NCBI RefSeq assembly: GCF_009914755.1
Contig: NC_060947.1
Reading direction: 5' to 3' (one strand)
Length of the DNA stretch: 64,000 nt
Source of the DNA: the human T2T-CHM13v2.0 reference genome, Homo sapiens
The notes below the pieces were generated by a model. That model did no database searches and was not told the origin of the DNA. It saw only the letters and a program-made list of their open reading frames with translations. The position numbers were made by a program, and so were the translations under genes. Below, piece after piece: positions 55,643 to 64,000 of this stretch (position 1 is the stretch's first letter; the number at the start of each line of letters is the position of its first letter).

Positions 55643-58600
55643 TATTGTTCAGTTAATGAAAACAGCTAAATCCTGAGTTATTGGCAACAAAAAAACAAAC
55701 AAACAAAAATAACACATTTATCTAACCTTAAGGTTCTTCCTTAGAAAAACCTGAAATTCATGTTATAAAATTGGTTAAAAAGGAAATGACTTTAAATGAA
55801 AATTATCACAGTTTTCATAAAGAATGTGAGTAAACTATTAAAAAAAATTAGGTAACTATAATGGAATAGGTGCTTGTAGATAATCTTGTCATATAACTTA
55901 AAATCTAAAGTTATATTAAGCTAAATAACAAGTATTTATTAAATTTCTGGGTCATTTCCAGTTTTTTTAAATTATAGAACAACATTTTTCTAAAAAATCT
56001 GTTCTTAAAGGAAATTTTTTTTTCTAATTCAAAGGTTATTTAAAAGTTATTCGTGAATTTAAGTATAAGTAATCAGTGAATAAGAACAATTTAAATAAAT
56101 TTATAAAAATAAAGAGGTATTTTTTGGCAAGAAAAGTTAAAAGGAAAATAATTTTATATAAAAAGTAATCTTGTAAATTTTTATCCAAAAATAAAATAAC
56201 TTGTTATTTAAGAAAGAAGGATGTCTGGGATAAAACAGAATGTTCAAGAATGTCATAAATTATTTTTATCACATTGTCTATAATTAAAGGAAAATTATTT
56301 ATAATAGTCTTCCTAAAAATTGGGTTTTGCTATAGCAAAAAAGCAGGTGCACACTAAAGAATTGGTTAGAACAATGAAATTTTATTAAGAGATTGATTTA
56401 CTTTTAATAAATTATAACAGATTTTAATTTTTTAACCTGAACTTTAACTTTTATTGTATCTCACCATTATGGTTTTTGCTCCCCTTTTAAAAGGTGAAAA
56501 ATATTAACACTCTTCTTTAACTCATTTTCAGTTCATGTAAGTTTTTTTCCCCCTTGGGTTCTAGCTGTTTGTTATAGCCTGATGCTAAAAATGTTTCTTT
56601 AAAGGTCTAACAGAAATGTTTTTTTCCAACATAATGATCTGTGCACTGCAGAAGGTCTTTTCTTTTGCTTAGTTGCAACTGGCCTAACAGATTTTATGTT
56701 TCTGCAAAATAATCCCCATGTCATTATTAAGTTTTGGTTTGCTTAGAAAAAGGCAGACTAAAAAGTATTTTTAATTACGGTAATTACATCCATGTGACTT
56801 TCTGTACGTGCTTTTAAAGTCCTTATGCCATTGAGTCACAGGGCTTTTACTCCTGGGTCTAAAAAGGACAACGAGTCCTGTTAAATCTAATACACTGACA
56901 GCTTAAATTAAATTCTCATCTTCAGACCCAGTAGAAGATGCCAATCAAAATGAACTTTGTGGGACACAGGGCCAGAAATTAAAACTATTCAACATCTCAA
57001 GGCCCATGGAATATCTAGGAAAAGGTGAACACATGAGATTGTAAGGGCTAATTTTAAGATAGAAAATTAGTTCAGTTTATCTAGAAGTTAACCATTAATA
57101 TCATTGGCACACTGACACAAAACCAACATCTGGGCCCCTGTCTCAGATTAACAAGGTTTCCTTGGCATGTTAACTGACTCCATAATACAAATTATAAAGG
57201 TTACAAGAAGGTTTATGGAAATAATCTTATGGTCAAGATGATTAAAATCTTGTAGATTGTTTATAAGATATTGAGAGACAGATTTAATTGGCCTTGCACT
57301 GTCTTTAATAGAGGTCATTGTTTGTGAAATTGTCTGCTCTCAAAGAATAAAGGTTTTCACCTTTTTAAAAAAGAATCTTTATCACTTTGGTTAAATTAAT
57401 GACTTATTTTATAATGATCTGTGATCATATTTTGTGATATCAAGCATTTTAAACTTTTTATGTTTGGCAAACTTTCCAAACTCAAATTCTAACTTAGGTC
57501 CTCATTAATTTTCTGATATTAATTTTCATTATTTCCTGATATTAGTTCCTTAAAGTCCAAATGAGACATATTCAGCTTATTTGTAAAAATCACATAGGAA
57601 GCATTGTCAAATATAAAATAATGTTTGGTTTTCTTTGGGCTATATTTATATAAATGTTACAGTTATATGTCCCAAAATTTTGGGAAACTCATAATTTTAA
57701 TATGACTTATTGTATGTTATTAATAATTATAATTGTTATGTGAAATTTTTGTATGCCACAGAAGTCATGAATTTCTAGTCAATTGTGATTTTAATAATGG
57801 CTATCCTAAGATTTGACATCCACAGACTATTGTTGTCTTGTTTTGATACTCTTCAAAAGGTGATTTCTAATCAATGTGTAGGACTTTGTTAGGTGCTCTT
57901 GAAAGCAGTTTTCTAATAACTTTGGACATTGTGACATTAAATGAAGGAAAACACCTTCAGAACTCATAGAGAGCTGAAATGTTCATGAATATCAAAAAAG
58001 AGTTAACTTCATGAACTGAATTAATAGAAGACTGAAGTAATCTTTTTGACTTTTTGCTTAAAACGTTGCTGATCCTTTTTTTTTTTTGGAGTCAAGAAAC
58101 TTGTCTTTTAAGCTATTTACAGATTTAAACAATGGAGTTAAATATATTTCTGTGAACAAAATTTGGAGCGTATTTCTTTCTACCTAATTTCTCTAGAATT
58201 TGGAAACTTTGTGAGTATTTTTAACTTATGGAAATATAGTTATTTGCATAAGTGCAATAAGAAAGTTTCCTTTTGCAACAGGACACAATTGGAGAAACTG
58301 CTTGTTTTACCAAGGTTTTTACTGGAATGTGCTTTCCTTTAAGGAATCAAGCTTGACTTGAAGATCCAATAAAAGCCCACTGGAAAAACCAGCCTGATGC
58401 CTTGTCTGCAGAGTTCCTGTATAGGATTTCTGACCTGTGATAACTAAAGAATGTCACTTTCTCACAAGTCCAGCAGCCCCAAGTTATCTTGGGACCTCAA
58501 GAGGAGAGGAATTTGCTCACCTCGTAGGTATTTGAGGGTACAAACCCATGGCTGGGCTCAGCTGAAAAAAGAAGTCTTATTTGAAAGAGTTCCATAAAAG

Positions 58601-59624
58601 CGGATTTAAAAGCCTATGTGAAAAATAATTATCCTTGCTTCACTTTATACAGATAATAATGCCAAGCATAAGAATAGAGCTTGTTCTTTTACAAATAAAT
58701 TGGTGCTATTAATATTTTTTAATAAGAATAGGAGACTGAAGAGAGAAATTATATTTCAAAACAAACTATTACACCTATTATATTCTACTCTTGCCTAATG
58801 TTTTTCAATTTTTATTATTTTCAGCAGTTTGAACTGAATTCTAAAATGTTTCCTGGTTACACTTCTCCAAAGTCATGTCTCCAAATTGTTTTCTTCTTTC
58901 TTTTCCCACTTTTTCCCCATTTTTCCTAATTTGAAATAACTGTAAACTAAGCTGTGCTTTCTTAAAGCCCTGCAAAATAAAGCTACACAACTTAAACTTT
59001 AGAAGGAAATAACAGCAACCTATTTACATACATAAGCCAATCTCATACACGCCTAATGATATATGAACTTCAGAGTAATATGGCCTATATTGATTTTCCA
59101 AGATTGTTCTTTTTTGTTTGTTGTTGTTTTTCTCCCTTCTTCCCCCCATTTGCCCTTTGTAGGAAATGAGACTTCACAACCTGCTAAAAATGAGCTTTCC
59201 TCGTAATGTGAGACCTACCTGTCTATTAATAAACTATTCCAACCATGAGAGATAAGACAAAACCTGAGACCAGAGACTCATTGTTTTTTCAAAAATGCTT
59301 CTTCTGAAAGATTTTATTAAGAAAACAGGGGAAATGTGAAAGGAAAATAAATCTTGGGACCCCAAAATTACTAAGCTAAAGGGAAAAGATGAGCTGGAAA
59401 CTGCTTAGGGCAAACCTGCCTCCCATTCTATTCAAAGTCATCCATCTGAGGCTCACCTGAGACAAATGCATATTTGATTGATCCTTTGTAGGGGTTCAGT
59501 CAGGATGGTGGGAAAAATTGTAAAATAAACCATCTTGGAAGGCCAGAAGGTTTTTGCAAAAGCCTCAGGATAGAGTTATGGCTGAAGGCAGCCTAATCCT
59601 CTTCGAGCTATAGCAAGGGTAATT

Positions 59625-60805
<1,181 letters not shown>

Positions 60806-61095
60806 TAGCAAGGGTAGTTAACATAGGAATGTAGATGCTCTCTACTCGGGGTGGGGGGGCAGCAATGGTAATTACCTTCAAGTGGTGTTTACTTGAGACT
60901 TTTGTCATTTAATGTGTGCTGAATAAATGCTGGAAAGGCCAGTGAGTTGGGTCCAAGGTTGCAACTCTTACAGCACTCTCCTGGGAGTCTGTAAGCAGCC
61001 TGGACTCTTAGCCAGACTGAAAAGCATAATATCTGTGTCAGTGTACGTTATTCATTCATCCTTGGGTCAGGGTCTGTGGGACTCACCCCCGCAGC

Positions 61096-61112
61096 TGGTG
61101 CATGTGTGAGGA
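61096..61112 (+). promoter_or_regulatory. Primer-binding site, tRNA-Met-like
   Basis: tggtgcatgtgtgagga vs TGGTGCCCCGTGTGAGGA. HML-5 is known to use Met/Ile rather than Lys. Confidence 0.7.
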
Positions 61113-61251
61113 ACGTTGTGAAAGAAGCACAATGGACCCCCCAAAAACGGAAGTGAAAAGGACCATGCGGTCAGTGAGTAATCAGTAAGTCATTGGTGTC
61201 CACTAGGGATTTCCAAGTTTGGTGGGGGATTGTTCAGGCTAAGGTTTCATC

Positions 61252-61810
61252 ATGGGACAACAGTTATCAGCGCAACAGAATCAGTATATAAAAGTATTGA
61301 AACAGCTGCTTAAGGCTAGTGGAGCCTCGGTTTTGCAGGCTCAATTAAGGGACTTAATGCAAACTGTTGTAAATCATAATCCATGGTTCCCAAAGGAAGG
61401 AACGCTAGATGTAGAGCTCTGGGAACAAGTAGGGAGAAATCTTAAACAACATGATGTGCAATGGCAATGGGTCCCAGTATCATCTTTAACACTATGGGGT
61501 CTAGTAAGGATGGCTTTGGTCCCATTATACACAGAAGAGCCTAAAAAGAGGAAGGAGGAGGAATAGTCACCTACTTTACCGCCTCCTTGTCCCTCAGCCC
61601 CAATATCACAGGGCCAAAATAACAAAGAGGAAATGGAGGTCTTGCCTGTGCCTCCTCCTCCAATAAATAGAAAAAAAGGCGAGAGATACATTACAGCTAT
61701 GCAACCCTGTCTTAAGCAAGCGGCATTAGAAGGGGAGCTCTTAGCCTGCCTGGTAATGCAAAATCAATGAGCCAATCAGGTACATAAAGAGTTAAGAAAA
61801 GGCATTAGAG
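61252..61810 (+). pseudogene. gag: HML-5 gag remnant (matrix ORF 61252-61566, Pro-rich region)
   Basis: MGQQLS myristoylation start, NPWFPKEGTLDVELWEQVG betaretroviral matrix motif. Stop at 61564-61566. CA/NC absent. Confidence 0.88.
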
Positions 61811-62154
61811 ACTGGAGCTGTGGGGCCAAGTGAGCAGTAGATAGAAAGAAAGGCTTGGCAGCAGGGAAGCTCACAAACTCAAAGCCAGCAAAAGCTCCCG
61901 GGAACTCAGCCTGCATGGTGGGGGGAGGGAGGGGAACACACAAGTGAGAAGCGGCACAGGTGAAAAGCAGCGCAGACAAAAAGTGGCTCGTTTGCAAGAG
62001 CAACGTGGCCACCGCCCCGGGGTCCACCTGCTCAGCTCTCCAGCTTTGCAGGCGGCCCACGGCAAAATTTCATGTGTTCCTTGTATACAAGTGACATCCC
62101 AGATTATAATTCTCTGCTAAGATTTAAGTAAAATTTAAGAATTTAAAATACCTC

Positions 62155-64000
62155 TTTCTGATAATGGCCACAGCTGTTATGTCTCTCCTACCCCTAATGC
62201 AACTCTCTCCAAATCCAATTTAAGTAAAACAGTAACCTCTGAAAGGAGAGAAATTACAGAAAGCCCACAACTGCGGCAATTCTTCAAGATTGGCCTATAA
62301 TCATTATTGACTTAAAAGACTGCTTTTATACGATTCCCCTAGCAGAACAGGACAGAGAAAAATTTGCATTTACAATACCAGCTATCAATAATGACAAGCC
62401 AGCTTGTCAATTTCATTGGAAAGTGCTTCCTGAAGGAATGCTAAACAGTCCTACCATGTGTCAGTATCATGTAAATCAAGCTTTGCTCTCTAGTAGAAAA
62501 GAGTTTTCTGATTGCAAGATTATTCATTTTATGGATCATATTGTACTAGCAGCCCCAATGGAGCCAATGCTTTTAAATTTATACACCTCTGTTGTAAAGA
62601 ATACACAGCTAAGAGGTTTAATCATTGCACCTGAGAAAGTACAGATGTCTTCTCCTTGGAGATATCTTGGGTACATACTAACTTCCTGGTCAGTAAGACC
62701 TCAAAAGGTTAAATTAAATACTAGCAACTTACACACCTTAAATGATTATCAGAAATTACTAGGCGATATTACTTGGCTCCGCCCCACCTTAGGCATATCT
62801 ACCGATAAGCTGCAAAACCTGTTTTCTATCTTAAAGGGCAATCCAGCTGTGGATTCTCCCAGATATTTAACCCCTCCAGCAAAAAGGGAAACCAAGGTAA
62901 TAGAGCAAACCGTCTCTCAGAGGCAGCTAGATCACGTTGATCGATGGTATTCAATTCAATTGTTTATTTTTCCCACTAAAGACTCCCATACAGGATTAAT
63001 AGGACAGATGGCCCCCGGGCTACACTTCCTAGAATGGGTTTTTTGCTCACATACCGGGACTAAAACACTATCTCCCTATATTTGGTTACTTACTAAAGTC
63101 ATCTATTCAGGCCACAAATGATGCAATCAGTTACTAGGTTATGACCCTGATGTCATCAGGATTCCTTTAAGTAAAACACAATTCGAAGCAGTATTGCCAG
63201 TATCTATCGATCTGCAAATAGCTTTCTCTGATTACACAGGACAAATAAAACATGTCCTCCCTGCTGATAAAATCCTTAATTTCTTATCTCATACTCTGGT
63301 AATCTTGTTCACAAAAATAGTTCACTCCCCCATACCTAATGCTTTAACACTGTTTACTGATGGTTCTGGTAAACATGGAAAAGCAGCAGTCTGGTAGGGA
63401 CCACATAATTCAATCACTCAATCTGGGTTTGCTAGCACTCCAAGAGCTGAGACTGGGGCTCTGATATTGGCCTTGGAAACTTTTTCCACTCAGCCCATAA
63501 ATATTGTGAGTGACTCAGCTTACTCTGTTTATTTATTGCAGAACCTTGAAACAGCCTTAATTAAGTCCACTCTCGAGCCCACCCTGTGTGCTCTTTTTCT
63601 TTGACTTCAGCAATTGCTAGATCAATGTACACATCCTATTTTTATCACACACATTCGAGCCCACAGCTCTCTGCCTTGCCCATTATTTTATGGCGATAAT
63701 CAAGTAGACCTTCAGATTATCACATCACTGCTTGACCAAGCCACACAATTGCATCAATTTTTCCACCAAAATTGGAGAAACTTATCTAAACAGTTTCAAC
63801 TTACCCAGAGGCTGGGTAAACAAATTATTCTACAATGCCCAGATTGCCAGCTCACAGGCAAGTCCCCTCCTTCCACAGGTGTTAATCCTAGAGGACTAGA
63901 ACCTAATCAATTATGGCAAACAGATGTTACACACATCCCTGAATTTGGAAAACTTAGATATGTACATGTATCCATTGATACCAATTCTCACTTAATTAGT
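62155..64000 (+). pseudogene. pol: HML-5 pol remnant (RT, RNase H, integrase N-terminus)
   Basis: IIDLKDCFYTIPL, WKVLPEGMLNSPTMCQ, catalytic motif degraded to FMDH, LFTDGSGKHG, HQFFH..CPDC, WQTDVTHIPEFG. Stops and an RT N-terminal deletion. Confidence 0.93.

Noticed and set aside
62423-63121. 232-aa RT ORF as a functional enzyme
   Set aside because: The catalytic YMDD reads FMDH, the N-terminal fingers are deleted, and flanking stops are present.

Overview
AT-rich, CpG-depleted primate (human-like) genomic DNA, mostly interspersed repeats. It contains Alus (J/S/Y), L1s of several ages, MIR/L2 relics and a dense set of LTR retroelements: at least seven MER4-group insertions, a PBS-Pro ERV1 provirus, two ERV-L remnants, a tandem pair of THE1 elements, and a HERV-K(HML-5)/LTR22 provirus that runs off the right end. 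No intact host gene or RNA gene is recognisable. The ORF track is mostly explained by decayed L1 ORF2, ERV-L pol and HML-5 gag/pol, or by chance. I cannot support a new enzymatic system here. The most unusual signals are structural. (1) A 28-bp exact copy of MER4-internal sequence was templated into an L1 2.4 kb away, next to a large L1 deletion junction. (2) Two different THE1 elements share one 5-bp target site. (3) A GC/CpG-rich, non-viral-looking segment replaces gag-pro in the HML-5 provirus and is followed by a local G-to-A hypermutation patch. (4) Several short inverted (fold-back) insertions or palindromes occur across the window. (5) There is one candidate minus-strand exon. Subfamily names are from recalled consensus similarity, not a database search.
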